Counted from the stretch's first letter, positions 18,012 through 28,457 are shown. The stretch: 38,947 nucleotides of DNA from Bacillota bacterium (GCA_049324975.1 JBMOPI010000238.1:1-38947), one strand, 5' to 3'. Translations and numbers: made by a program. Notes: a model not told the origin generated them from the sequence alone.

Positions 18012-18055
18012 CGCACAGGCCTTTTCGCGCCCCGCCAGCCTTTTCCAACATTTCC

Positions 18056-18084
18056 TTGCATGAGCATGTCATTCATGTTATAAT
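18056..18084 (+). promoter_or_regulatory. sigma-A-type promoter of rpsF-ssb-rpsR
   Basis: The arrangement is TTGCAT, 17 nt, TATAAT. Confidence 0.55.
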
Positions 18085-18169
18085 AATAAACCGAGACTAC
18101 AGAGTCTCATACATCCCTGCTCTATCCTGGAGATAGGGCCGTTAGTCCGAGGGGAGGAGGTGAACAGTT

Positions 18170-18457
18170 GTGCGAGCATACGAAGTTATGTACATCATTA
18201 ATCCTGAACTGGACGAAGAACAGACCACTGCCGTAACTGAGAAGTTTAAGGGCATCATAGAGAACAACGGCGGTGAACTCGTCAAACTGGACAAGTGGGG
18301 TAAGCGGCGGTTGGCCTATGAAATCAACCGTAAGCGCGAAGGCTTTTATATCCTGATGCATTATAAAGGGAAGCCGGAAATTGCCCATGAACTTGACCGG
18401 GTTTTCAAGATTACTGACGAAGTCCTGAAGCACATGATTCTCAGGGAAGAAGAATAA
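18170..18457 (+). CDS. rpsF: 30S ribosomal protein S6
   Basis: The sequence is [17 protein letters not shown]...[19 protein letters not shown]. The start is GTG after GGAGGAGGTG. Confidence 0.95.
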   Translation: MRAYEVMYIINPELDEEQTTAVTEKFKGIIENNGGELVKLDKWGKRRLAYEINRKREGFYILMHYKGKPEIAHELDRVFKITDEVLKHMILREEE

Positions 18458-18496
18458 CTGTTGTCTGGGAGAGATAAAACGCTAGGTGGTGTTTAG

Positions 18497-18901
18497 ATGT
18501 TAAACCGGATTGTTCTTATCGGCCGGCTGACCAAGGACCCCGAGCTGCGCTATACGCCGAACGGCAAAGCTGTTGCCAGCTTTACCCTGGCTGTGGACCG
18601 GCCTTTTAAAAACCAGCAGGGTGAACGGGAAGCGGATTTTATCAATATCGTAGTCTGGGGTACGCAGGCCGAAAACTGCGCCAACTACCTGTCTAAGGGT
18701 AAACTGGCCGCTGCGGACGGCCGCCTGCAGATCCGCTCTTTTGAAGGGCAGGACGGGCAGCGCCGCTGGATTACCGAAGTGGTAGCCGATACCGTAAGAT
18801 TTTTAAGTCCCAAAAGCTCCGGCGAACAGGGCTCCGGTTACATGAATCCCGACAGCATAGGCAGCGAAATTGAGTTTTCCGATGACGATATTCCGTTCTA
18901 G
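18497..18901 (+). CDS. ssb: single-stranded DNA-binding protein
   Basis: The sequence begins [33 protein letters not shown], contains an OB fold, and has the acidic tail DDDIPF. Confidence 0.95.
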   Translation: MLNRIVLIGRLTKDPELRYTPNGKAVASFTLAVDRPFKNQQGEREADFINIVVWGTQAENCANYLSKGKLAAADGRLQIRSFEGQDGQRRWITEVVADTVRFLSPKSSGEQGSGYMNPDSIGSEIEFSDDDIPF

Positions 18902-18915
18902 ACAGGAGGGGTAAC

Positions 18916-19146
18916 ATGAAACGCGAGCGTGGGCGGCGCCCCCGGAAACGGGTGTGCTCTTACTGCATAGACAAGGTCGAGTCCATCGATTACAAAGACG
19001 CCAACAAACTCCGGAAGTACATAACCGAGCGGGGCAAGATTCTTCCCCGGCGGATTTCCGGTAACTGTGCCAAACACCAGCGCCAGCTGACTATAGCTAT
19101 CAAACGGGCGCGCCATATGGCTTTACTGCCGTTTACGGCGGAATAA
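18916..19146 (+). CDS. rpsR: 30S ribosomal protein S18
   Basis: The sequence contains [59 protein letters not shown]. Confidence 0.95.
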   Translation: MKRERGRRPRKRVCSYCIDKVESIDYKDANKLRKYITERGKILPRRISGNCAKHQRQLTIAIKRARHMALLPFTAE

Positions 19147-19160
19147 GCGGAAAAGATGAG

Positions 19161-19185
19161 AAGGGAGCACTTGTGCTCCCTTTTA
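19161..19185 (+). terminator. rho-independent terminator after rpsR
   Basis: AAGGGAGCAC-TT-GTGCTCCCTT is followed by TTAT. Confidence 0.8.
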
Positions 19186-19301
19186 TGGTATCCAGGGAGT
19201 ATAACGCTCCTACGGCATTAAAAAATTGGATTGGAGTTACAGGAGGAAAACGGGTTTTATCTGCAGAATACTATTAGGATACTATGTTACCGGGAGGTTT
19301 T

Positions 19302-19622
19302 ATGATGGCTTCGTCTAATCAGGAAGTAGACATAGCCAAGAATATCCGTGTCATTGAGTGGCTTAAAACGGAACTGCTGGGTACGGTTTCGACCCTTTTC
19401 AGGGCCATGTTGAAGGGCAGTGAAGAGGTGATCCTGGAGGCGCTGGCCGGGATTGTGATCATGACTTATGTACTGGCCAGGCGTTTGGGGATCAATTTTG
19501 CCCGGCTGGACATCAAGATTGAGAGCAAGCTTCGCAGCACGATCAAGGATAACCACGAGGTAGAGCAGTGGTACGGTGATCTGACGGCAATGCTGAAATA
19601 CGTCAGCGACAAGAAGAGGTGA
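19302..19622 (+). CDS. small MazG-like family protein (commonly precedes yybS in Clostridia)
   Basis: The ~106-aa helical protein has GGAGG at 19293-19297. The ATG at 19302 or 19305 is the likely start, not 19284. The family call rests on recollection and position only. Confidence 0.5.
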   Translation: MMASSNQEVDIAKNIRVIEWLKTELLGTVSTLFRAMLKGSEEVILEALAGIVIMTYVLARRLGINFARLDIKIESKLRSTIKDNHEVEQWYGDLTAMLKYVSDKKR

Positions 19623-20593
19623 ACTTTTTGGTCCAGCAGCAAAGGCTCCGGCCCCTGATTGAAGGTGCGCTTCTGGCGGCAATCACGGCTTTATTCGGAA
19701 TGCTGTCCCTTAACCTGCCACTGGTCAGTTTTTTTACTGATTTTTTATGGGGTGTCCCCATTGTTATAGTTTTTATCCGGCATGGCTGGCGGATTGGGCT
19801 GATGGCCCTTACAGTCGCCGGGATGCTTACATTGATGTTTACAGAACCTGTAATGGCCGGGCTGCTTTTTCTCCAGTTGGCGCCGGTGGCGGTGGTATAC
19901 GGGGTGATGTTCAGGAACAGGTTCCCCGCCGGACCGGTCCTGCTTTCCGGAATAGTGATGACTGTAATCGCGGAAGCTGTTGTTTTGGTGTTATATTTTT
20001 ACACCCAAAGAAGTGTTTTTAACCTTAACCAGGAAATCGGCCGCATGACCGGTTACGTTATAGAAATTTACAGAACCGCCGGCGTTTTGGAGCATTTTGC
20101 CAGACAGGGCATGGATGAGCCGGAAGTAAGAAAACTTATAGGCAGTGTAATCATCCTGCTGCCCGGCTTTTTTGTTGTTGCCGCGATGATCAAAGCGCTG
20201 CTGAGTTACCTGGTTTCCGTCCGGGTATTGGACCGCCTGGGGCTCGGCCGTTTCCGCCTGCCGGCCTTCGGTGAATGGCACTTGCCCTGGTATTCCGTAT
20301 GGGTTTTTATGTCCGGCCTCTTGCTTACACTGGCCGGGGACCTTTACAAGATGCCAGTTCTTGCGGCCATTGGAAAAAATATTGTCTTTATTTGTTTCCC
20401 GATTTTCTTTATTATTGGATTAGCGGTAGGCGTCCACTTTTTCCGGCGGTGGCTGCTGCCGGGCTGGGTTAAAATCCTGTTAGTGGTCATTGCCGTTCTG
20501 AATTTGACAGGTACGGTGCTGCTTTTGACCGGACTGGGAGTATTTGACCCCCTGGTCACTTTCCGCAGCCGCGGAAAGAAGCAGGATCAGTAA
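19619..20593 (+). CDS. DUF2232 (YybS-like) polytopic membrane protein
   Basis: The 324-aa protein has at least 8 TM helices. It sits between rpsR and rplI, as B. subtilis yybS does. A 4-nt overlap (GTGA) with the upstream gene is present. Confidence 0.7.
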   Translation: MNFLVQQQRLRPLIEGALLAAITALFGMLSLNLPLVSFFTDFLWGVPIVIVFIRHGWRIGLMALTVAGMLTLMFTEPVMAGLLFLQLAPVAVVYGVMFRNRFPAGPVLLSGIVMTVIAEAVVLVLYFYTQRSVFNLNQEIGRMTGYVIEIYRTAGVLEHFARQGMDEPEVRKLIGSVIILLPGFFVVAAMIKALLSYLVSVRVLDRLGLGRFRLPAFGEWHLPWYSVWVFMSGLLLTLAGDLYKMPVLAAIGKNIVFICFPIFFIIGLAVGVHFFRRWLLPGWVKILLVVIAVLNLTGTVLLLTGLGVFDPLVTFRSRGKKQDQ

Positions 20594-20606
20594 GGAGGTT
20601 TGATAA

Positions 20607-21053
20607 ATGAAAGTCATTTTGCTTGAAGATGTCAAGAAGCTTGGCCGGAAGGGCGCGGTGCTTGAGGTGGCTGAAGGCTATGCCCGCAATTTCCTTTTTC
20701 CCAGGAAACTGGCAGCGGAGGCCAGCACCGGCAACCTTAAAAACCTTGAACATATAAAAGAGGCCGAAAACCGGAAAAAAGAAGCCGTCCTTCAGGAAGC
20801 CCGGGAAATGGCCAAAAAAGTGGAAAGCATTGTATTGCAGGTGGCTACTAAAGTAGGCGAGGGAGGCAAACTTTTCGGTTCCGTCACCAGTAAGGATGTG
20901 GCCGAGGCGCTGGCCCGGGTGCATAAAATCGACGTGGACAAGAAAAAGGTGGAAATCGAAGGTGCCGTCAAAGCCCTTGGCACTTACAACGTTACAGTAA
21001 AGCTTCACCCTGAGGTCCAGGCTCAGTTCAGGCTCCAAGTTGTGCAGGAATAA
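20607..21053 (+). CDS. rplI: 50S ribosomal protein L9
   Basis: The sequence begins [36 protein letters not shown]. An AAGGAGG RBS is present. Confidence 0.95.
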   Translation: MKVILLEDVKKLGRKGAVLEVAEGYARNFLFPRKLAAEASTGNLKNLEHIKEAENRKKEAVLQEAREMAKKVESIVLQVATKVGEGGKLFGSVTSKDVAEALARVHKIDVDKKKVEIEGAVKALGTYNVTVKLHPEVQAQFRLQVVQE

Positions 21054-21067
21054 GAAAGGGGAACAAG

Positions 21068-23023
21068 ATGAAAAGCTTTTTGGATAAGTTCATTAGCCGG
21101 AGCGAGAAGCCGGACCTGGTGGAAAAATTCAATGAACTTGAACAGATGAAGCGCCAGGTGGCAGCGATTTTCGGGTTGTTGACCAACCTTTTCGGTTCAG
21201 ACAAAATCGTGCTCAAGGCCAGTAAACTGGAGGCCCTCAACCTGATGCGGTCCGAAGTGCTGGAAGAGAGGGTGCTGGCTTTACAGCGGATTGTTTTTGA
21301 AGACCCGACTATCGACAAGGTGCCGGCTATTGAAGAAATACCGGGCATTATCAACGACGTGGAAGATGAAATCGCGGACATTATCGCCCGCAAATCTGTT
21401 GAGGACAAGCTGGAAAAAAAGATTGCCGAACGCATGCAGCAGCGTCATGATGACTATGTAAAAGAAATCAAGATGCAGATTATGAAGGAAACGGCCGGCC
21501 CGGAAAATGCGCAGACATTGAAGAAACTGGCCATCCTGGAAAAACTGGAACAGAAGAAGCTGGCCCGTTCAGCCATGGAGGCCCTGCGGCCGCAGACTTT
21601 TGAGGAAGTGGTGGGCCAGGAGCGGGCTATCAAATCCCTGGTAGCCAAAATCGCCTCTCCCTTCCCACAGCATATCATCCTTTACGGCCCGCCCGGAGTA
21701 GGTAAAACCACGGCGGCCCGGATTGCCCTGGAAGCGGTGAGGGAAATTTCCGGCTCACCTTTTGCCGAGGATGCTCCTTTTGTGGAAGTGGACGGCACGA
21801 CCCTGCGCTGGGACCCGCGGGATGTGACTAACCCCCTGCTCGGCTCGGTTCATGACCCTATTTACCAGGGGGCCCGCCGGGACCTGGCGGACACCGGTGT
21901 GCCGGAGCCCAAACTGGGCCTGGTCACCGATGCCCATGGCGGAGTGCTGTTTATCGACGAAATCGGCGAACTCGACCCGATGTTGCAGAACAAGCTGCTC
22001 AAAGTGCTGGAAGACAAGCGGGTCTCCTTTGATTCCGCTTATTATGAACCGCATGACCCGAACATTCCCCAGTATATTAAAAAGATCTTTGAGGAAGGCG
22101 CTCCTGCCGACTTTATCCTTATTGGCGCCACCACCAGGGAACCCCATGACATTAACCCCGCTATCCGCTCCCGGTGCGCGGAAGTCTATTTTGAACCCCT
22201 CACCCCCGGGAGTATCCGGAAGATAGTCACTAAAGCGGCGCAAAAACTGGATATTGTGCTGGATGAAAAAGTCCCGGAAATGATCAGCGAGTATACCATT
22301 GAAGGCCGGAAGGCTATCAATATCCTGGCTGATGCTTACGGCATAGCCCTTTACAAGCGGCATCACGGCGAACCTGGCCCGGAGGAGAAGGTAAGGGTAG
22401 GGGTTGAAGAAGTCCTGGAAGTGGTGCAGGTTAGCCGGCTGTCCCCGCATATAACCCTGAAAGGTTCGCCCACCGCTGAGGTCGGCAGGGTCTTTGGCCT
22501 GGGGGTCCTCGGTTTTGTCGGCTCAGTGCTCGAGATTGAGGCCGTAGCCTTCCCGGCCCGGGCCGAAGGCAAAGGGACTATCAGGTTTAACGATACCGCC
22601 GGGAGTATGGCCAAAGATTCGGTTTTCAATGCCGCTTCGGTAATCAGGAAACTTACCGGCGAAGATATCAGCAACTATGACATCCATGTCAACATTGTCG
22701 GCGGCGGCCGGATTGACGGGCCTTCTGCCGGTACCGCCATCCTTACGGCCGTCATCAGCGCCCTGGAGAAGCGGCCTTTGCGGCAGGACGTGGCCCTGAC
22801 CGGTGAAATCTCCATTCAGGGCAAGGTCAAAGCCGTGGGCGGTGTTTTTGAAAAAATATACGGCGCTAAACAGGCCGGCATGAAGGCCGTGGTTGTGCCC
22901 AAAGAGAATGAAAAGGACGTGCCGGTGGACCTGAAGGGGATTGAAGTCAGGCTGGCGGCCACTATTGAAGAAGTGCTGGAAGTAATCCTGGAATTGCCGG
23001 AAGAGCAGGTCAGGGTAAGTTAA
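21068..23023 (+). CDS. lonC: Lon-family ATP-dependent protease, spore-former LonC type
   Basis: Walker A (GPPGVGKTT) and Walker B (VLFIDEIGEL) are present. The Lon protease domain has the catalytic Ser (DGPSAGTA) and Lys (GKVKAVGGVFEKIYGA). The position between rplI and dnaB fits. Confidence 0.8.
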   Translation: MKSFLDKFISRSEKPDLVEKFNELEQMKRQVAAIFGLLTNLFGSDKIVLKASKLEALNLMRSEVLEERVLALQRIVFEDPTIDKVPAIEEIPGIINDVEDEIADIIARKSVEDKLEKKIAERMQQRHDDYVKEIKMQIMKETAGPENAQTLKKLAILEKLEQKKLARSAMEALRPQTFEEVVGQERAIKSLVAKIASPFPQHIILYGPPGVGKTTAARIALEAVREISGSPFAEDAPFVEVDGTTLRWDPRDVTNPLLGSVHDPIYQGARRDLADTGVPEPKLGLVTDAHGGVLFIDEIGELDPMLQNKLLKVLEDKRVSFDSAYYEPHDPNIPQYIKKIFEEGAPADFILIGATTREPHDINPAIRSRCAEVYFEPLTPGSIRKIVTKAAQKLDIVLDEKVPEMISEYTIEGRKAINILADAYGIALYKRHHGEPGPEEKVRVGVEEVLEVVQVSRLSPHITLKGSPTAEVGRVFGLGVLGFVGSVLEIEAVAFPARAEGKGTIRFNDTAGSMAKDSVFNAASVIRKLTGEDISNYDIHVNIVGGGRIDGPSAGTAILTAVISALEKRPLRQDVALTGEISIQGKVKAVGGVFEKIYGAKQAGMKAVVVPKENEKDVPVDLKGIEVRLAATIEEVLEVILELPEEQVRVS

Positions 23024-23045
23024 GCAGGATTTTGGAGGTACCGGA

Positions 23046-24380
23046 ATGAGTCTCCCGCTGGAAAAAATCCCCCCCCAAAACCTGGACGCGGAGCAATCTG
23101 TCCTGGGGGCCATGCTAATTGACAAAGAGGCTGTCCTGCGGGCCATGGAGTTCGTGCGCCCGCAGGATTTTTACCGTGATGCCCATAAACATGTCTTTGA
23201 GGCCATGCTTGATCTGACTGAGCGCGGTGAGGCCATCGACCTGATTACAGTGACAGAGGAGCTGCGGCAAAAAGGCGTCCTTGACCAGGTGGGCGGCGCC
23301 GCATACGTCGCCGGGCTTGCCAACCTGGTGCCTACGGCGGCCAATGTGGAGTACTACGCCCGGATTGTCGAGGAAAAAGCCCTGCTGCGGACGCTGATTA
23401 GCGTGTCCAGCCGCATTGCCGCCATGGGTTATGAAGGAAATGAAGAGATCGATACCCTTCTGGACCGGGCCGAGCAGATGATTTTTGAACTCACTCAGCG
23501 CAAGGCCAGTACGGGGTTTGCAGCCATAAAAGCCATCCTGATGGATACCTTTGAACGCATCGAATACCTGCATAACAACAAGGGTCAAATTACCGGCGTA
23601 ACCAGCGGCTTTGTTGACCTGGACCGGTATACGTCAGGTTTTCAGCCTTCAGACCTGATCATCGTGGCAGCCAGGCCCAGTATGGGTAAAACGGCCCTTT
23701 GCACTAATTTCTGTCAAAATGCTGCTGTCAGAAATAATCTGCCGGTAGCTATCTTCAGCCTGGAAATGTCCAAAGACCAGCTGGTGCAGCGCATGCTGTG
23801 CGGCGAGGCGATGGTAGACCAGCAAAAAGTCCGTACCGGCCAACTGGAAGAGGCCGACTGGAACAAACTCACCCAGGCCGCCGGGCCGCTGTCCAAAGCG
23901 CCCATTTTTATTGACGACACCCCCGGCATTTCTGTGATGGAAATGCGGGCCAAAGCCCGCCGCCTGAAAGCCGAAAAGGGTTTAAGCATGATTGTTATCG
24001 ACTACCTGCAGCTGATGACCGGCAGCCGGAAAACGGAGAACCGGCAGCAGGAGATATCCGAGATATCCCGGTCTTTAAAAGGCCTGGCCAGGGAGCTGGA
24101 TGTGCCTGTAATTGCCCTCTCCCAGCTCAGCCGGGCAGTGGAACAACGCAGCGACAAAAAGCCGATGATGTCCGACCTCAGGGAAAGCGGCAGCTTGGAG
24201 CAGGACGCAGACCTGGTCATGTTTATTTACCGTGATGAGTATTATAACCCCGAATCCGAAAAGCGGGGCATCGCCGAAGTTATCATCGCCAAGCAGCGGA
24301 ACGGCCCCGTAGGCTCAGTGGAATTGGGATTCCTGAAGGAGTTTACCCGGTTTGTCAACCTGGAAAGACGGCATGATTAA
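23046..24380 (+). CDS. dnaB: replicative DNA helicase
   Basis: The sequence shows PPQNLDAEQSVLGAML, ARPSMGKTA (Walker A), IVIDYLQLM and ALSQLSR. At 444 aa there is no intein. Confidence 0.95.
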   Translation: MSLPLEKIPPQNLDAEQSVLGAMLIDKEAVLRAMEFVRPQDFYRDAHKHVFEAMLDLTERGEAIDLITVTEELRQKGVLDQVGGAAYVAGLANLVPTAANVEYYARIVEEKALLRTLISVSSRIAAMGYEGNEEIDTLLDRAEQMIFELTQRKASTGFAAIKAILMDTFERIEYLHNNKGQITGVTSGFVDLDRYTSGFQPSDLIIVAARPSMGKTALCTNFCQNAAVRNNLPVAIFSLEMSKDQLVQRMLCGEAMVDQQKVRTGQLEEADWNKLTQAAGPLSKAPIFIDDTPGISVMEMRAKARRLKAEKGLSMIVIDYLQLMTGSRKTENRQQEISEISRSLKGLARELDVPVIALSQLSRAVEQRSDKKPMMSDLRESGSLEQDADLVMFIYRDEYYNPESEKRGIAEVIIAKQRNGPVGSVELGFLKEFTRFVNLERRHD

Positions 24381-24403
24381 GGGGCGCTAAAGGCGCCCCT
24401 TTA
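24379..24403 (+). terminator. rho-independent terminator after dnaB
   Basis: AAGGGGCGC-TAAAG-GCGCCCCTT is followed by T. Confidence 0.6.
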
Positions 24404-24499
24404 CAATACCCAACCACTCTGATAAAATAATACTGTTTGGGTTATTTTTATGCCCTTCTGCACATAGTAAAATTAACCGGAAACTGAGGGGGGACGTTC

Positions 24500-25894
24500 G
24501 TGAACCGCCAGCATTATGACGTGATTATTATCGGCGCCGGTCCGGCCGGGATTTTTACCGCCCTGGAACTGGTCGCTGCCCGAACAGACCTGCGCATACT
24601 GATCCTGGAAAAGGGCCGGGACATTGACCGGCGCACCTGCCCGGCCAACGAAAGAAGCGCCTCCTGTGTCAACTGCGCCCCGTGTTCAGTCCTGTGCGGC
24701 TGGGGTGGCGCGGGGGCATTCAGTGACGGCAAAATCACCCTCTCCACTGAAGTTGGCGGAATGCTGGAACAGTATATTGGGGAGCAAAAGCTTCAGGAAC
24801 TGATTGACCATGTGGATAAGATCTATCTGCAGTACGGCGCTCCTGATAAAGTTTACGGAGTAGACCAGGAGGACAGCATCCGGCAGATTCAGCGCAAAGC
24901 TGCTTTTGCCGAATTAAAACTGATCCCCGCGCCCATCAGGCACCTGGGAACCGGCCGCTGTCAGCAGATCCTGGAAAGAATGAAGGATTACCTGCTCTCC
25001 CAGGGCGTGGAAGTACGCCACTGTATGGGAGTAAAAGACATAGTAGTGGAGAATAAGGTTGTTAAGGGAATAGAAACGGCCGACGGTCAGCTTATCTACA
25101 GTAAATACGTTGTGGCCTCCCCCGGCCGGGAAGGCTCCGAATGGCTGACCAACCAGGCCCAGCGGCTGGGACTGAACACGGCTATCAATCCCGTGGACAT
25201 CGGAGTCCGGGTGGAACTGCCAGCAGCTATAATGGAACATCTGACAAGTGTGATTTATGAATCAAAATTCATTTATTATTCGAAATCCTTTGACGATAAA
25301 GTCCGCACCTTCTGTATGAACCCATACGGCGAGGTAGTGGCGGAAAACAACGACGGGCTGATCACGGTCAACGGCCACAGTCATGCCCATAAGAAGACGG
25401 ATAACACCAATTTCGCCATTTTGGTCAGCAAGACTTTTACCGAGCCGTTTAAGGAGCCTATCGCTTACGGAAAATATGTATCCAGACTGGCCAACCTGTT
25501 AGGCGGCGGAGTTATCGTCCAACGGCTGGGTGACCTGGTGGCAGGACAGCGCACGGACAGTGAGCGCCTTAAAAAATGCCTGGTCCGGCCCACTCTGGCG
25601 GATGCCACTCCGGGGGACTTAAGCCTTGTTTTCCCCTACCGGCACCTGATGAGTATTGTTGAGATGCTGAAGTCCCTGGATGTGATTGCGCCGGGTGTAT
25701 ATTCAAAACATACGCTTTTATACGGAGTCGAGGTTAAATTCTACTCCTCACGCCTGGAACTTACTCCGGACCTGGAAACCATGATCACCAACCTTTTTGC
25801 CGCCGGTGACGGCGCCGGGGTAACCCGGGGACTGGCCCAGGCCTCGGTGGCGGGGGTCCTTGCCGCCAGGGGCATCCTTAACCGGGTAGGATAA
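24500..25894 (+). CDS. FAD-dependent oxidoreductase of the uncharacterised COG2509 type
   Basis: A Rossmann motif (VIIIGAGPAGIF) is followed by a Cys cluster (CPANERSASCVNCAPCSVLCGWGGAG) and a C-terminal AAGDGAG. The start is GTG after GAGGGGGGA. Confidence 0.7.
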   Translation: MNRQHYDVIIIGAGPAGIFTALELVAARTDLRILILEKGRDIDRRTCPANERSASCVNCAPCSVLCGWGGAGAFSDGKITLSTEVGGMLEQYIGEQKLQELIDHVDKIYLQYGAPDKVYGVDQEDSIRQIQRKAAFAELKLIPAPIRHLGTGRCQQILERMKDYLLSQGVEVRHCMGVKDIVVENKVVKGIETADGQLIYSKYVVASPGREGSEWLTNQAQRLGLNTAINPVDIGVRVELPAAIMEHLTSVIYESKFIYYSKSFDDKVRTFCMNPYGEVVAENNDGLITVNGHSHAHKKTDNTNFAILVSKTFTEPFKEPIAYGKYVSRLANLLGGGVIVQRLGDLVAGQRTDSERLKKCLVRPTLADATPGDLSLVFPYRHLMSIVEMLKSLDVIAPGVYSKHTLLYGVEVKFYSSRLELTPDLETMITNLFAAGDGAGVTRGLAQASVAGVLAARGILNRVG

Positions 25895-25951
25895 TACATG
25901 GTAAACCTGTCGGGGTATACGCCCGGCAGTGAAATATGGAGGTGCTGTTAA

Positions 25952-27235
<1,284 letters not shown>

Positions 27236-27258
27236 ACTGTTCAACAAGATACGGAATC

Positions 27259-27294
27259 AAAAAATAACCGTTTTGGCAACGGTTATTTTTTTTT
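27259..27294 (+). terminator. rho-independent terminator after purA (A-run/T-run flanked, possibly bidirectional)
   Basis: AAAAAATAACCG-TTTTGGCAA-CGGTTATTTTTTTTT. Confidence 0.85.
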
Positions 27295-27299
27295 GACAA

Positions 27300-27352
27300 A
27301 CCCATTTGTGTCATTATATAACCCGTTTATGTTTCACTACGACCCGTTTAGC
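27300..27352 (+). repeat. three direct ACCCRTTTR iterons spaced exactly 21 bp
   Basis: The copies are ACCCATTTGTG at 27300, ACCCGTTTATG at 27321 and ACCCGTTTAGC at 27342. Confidence 0.6.
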
Positions 27353-27492
27353 CATTTCGGTACAAAAACCATGTTCAATATGATATAAAAGAATTACCAT
27401 TTAAAAAATTTTTTTCAAATAATACAGCAACTGATTTTATTAAGAACGGTAAAAATGAAGTATTTAAACTTAATGCCGGTGAAAGTTATTTA

Positions 27493-27798
27493 GTGCAAAC
27501 TACAGCTTATCTTAATTCAAACAATAGAGTAGTAGAGTTTGATATTGGTCTGAATACATATGTTCCGTGGGGAAATGGAGATCCATACCTATACGATGTA
27601 CAAAATGCTTTTACTCACGAATTTGGGCATGCTTTATATGCTGGCGACGTACTATTTCCTAATGACGTGAGTAGCAAATACCCTAATTCGTATACCGAGG
27701 TTACGATGTATGTATGGATGGATGTGGGAGAAACGAAAAAACGTACTCTTCATGCGGACGATTCAGACGGTTTAATAGAGGCCTATAGATTTTATTAA
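27493..27798 (+). CDS. zinc-metalloprotease-like ORF (HExxH; matrixin/snapalysin-like C-terminal half), probably 5'-truncated or frameshifted
   Basis: THEFGHALYAGD, a Met-turn-like TMYVWMD and LHADDSDGLIEAY (compare matrixin DDxxGIQxLY) are present. The frame is open back to 27352, but only a GTG at 27493 is available as a start. No signal peptide is present, and the region is AT-rich. Confidence 0.45.
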   Translation: MQTTAYLNSNNRVVEFDIGLNTYVPWGNGDPYLYDVQNAFTHEFGHALYAGDVLFPNDVSSKYPNSYTEVTMYVWMDVGETKKRTLHADDSDGLIEAYRFY

Positions 27799-27817
27799 AA
27801 AAGAGAGGTGATTACTT

Positions 27818-28438
27818 GTGAAAAAAACAATAATGATTTTTGCAATTTTGGCTGTTTTTTTAGCTGGGGTAAGTATCTTTGTATCCAACCATAAAGCTAT
27901 TAGTGATAATAATGTTACTAAAATAATTCAATCGGCAAGTTATCCCAAGTTTGACTTGCCTGATTTGGTTTCCTATTCTCAACTTATTGTTACTGGGGTT
28001 GTAGAAAAAATAGGTCAACCAATGTGGAATAATCGGGATAACAAAAAACCGGATACTATCACAGGAAGCGACACCATTTACAGAGACATCATCATAAAGG
28101 TTTCTAATGTGGAAAAAGGTTCAATAAAAGGTGATAAAGTAATTGTTAGATTATTTGGAGGAACGATCGATGGATTTATTATTGATAACACTTCACAACC
28201 TGAATTAACTGAAGGAATGGAAATTGTAGCATTTTTGATACCAGACTCAACTCCTTATAATAAAGAAAAAAGTGCTGACCACTATATTTTTAAAGGAGCT
28301 GCTCAAGGTGTTTATAAACTGCAGTCAGATCAAGCCGAAAATGTTCATGGAAAAATTAAATTATCAGATTTTAGGAGTATTGAAAAAGAATATTTGGCGA
28401 AGCCCAAAGTTAAACAGCCTGTAGTATCGCAAGAATAA
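27818..28438 (+). CDS. hypothetical exported/membrane-anchored protein (AT-rich islet)
   Basis: The start is GTG, 7 nt after GAGAGGTG. The N-terminal signal/anchor is KKTIMIFAILAVFLAGVSIFV. I do not recognise a family. Confidence 0.6.
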   Translation: MKKTIMIFAILAVFLAGVSIFVSNHKAISDNNVTKIIQSASYPKFDLPDLVSYSQLIVTGVVEKIGQPMWNNRDNKKPDTITGSDTIYRDIIIKVSNVEKGSIKGDKVIVRLFGGTIDGFIIDNTSQPELTEGMEIVAFLIPDSTPYNKEKSADHYIFKGAAQGVYKLQSDQAENVHGKIKLSDFRSIEKEYLAKPKVKQPVVSQE

Positions 28439-28457
28439 ATCACAAAGGTCGGAACGC

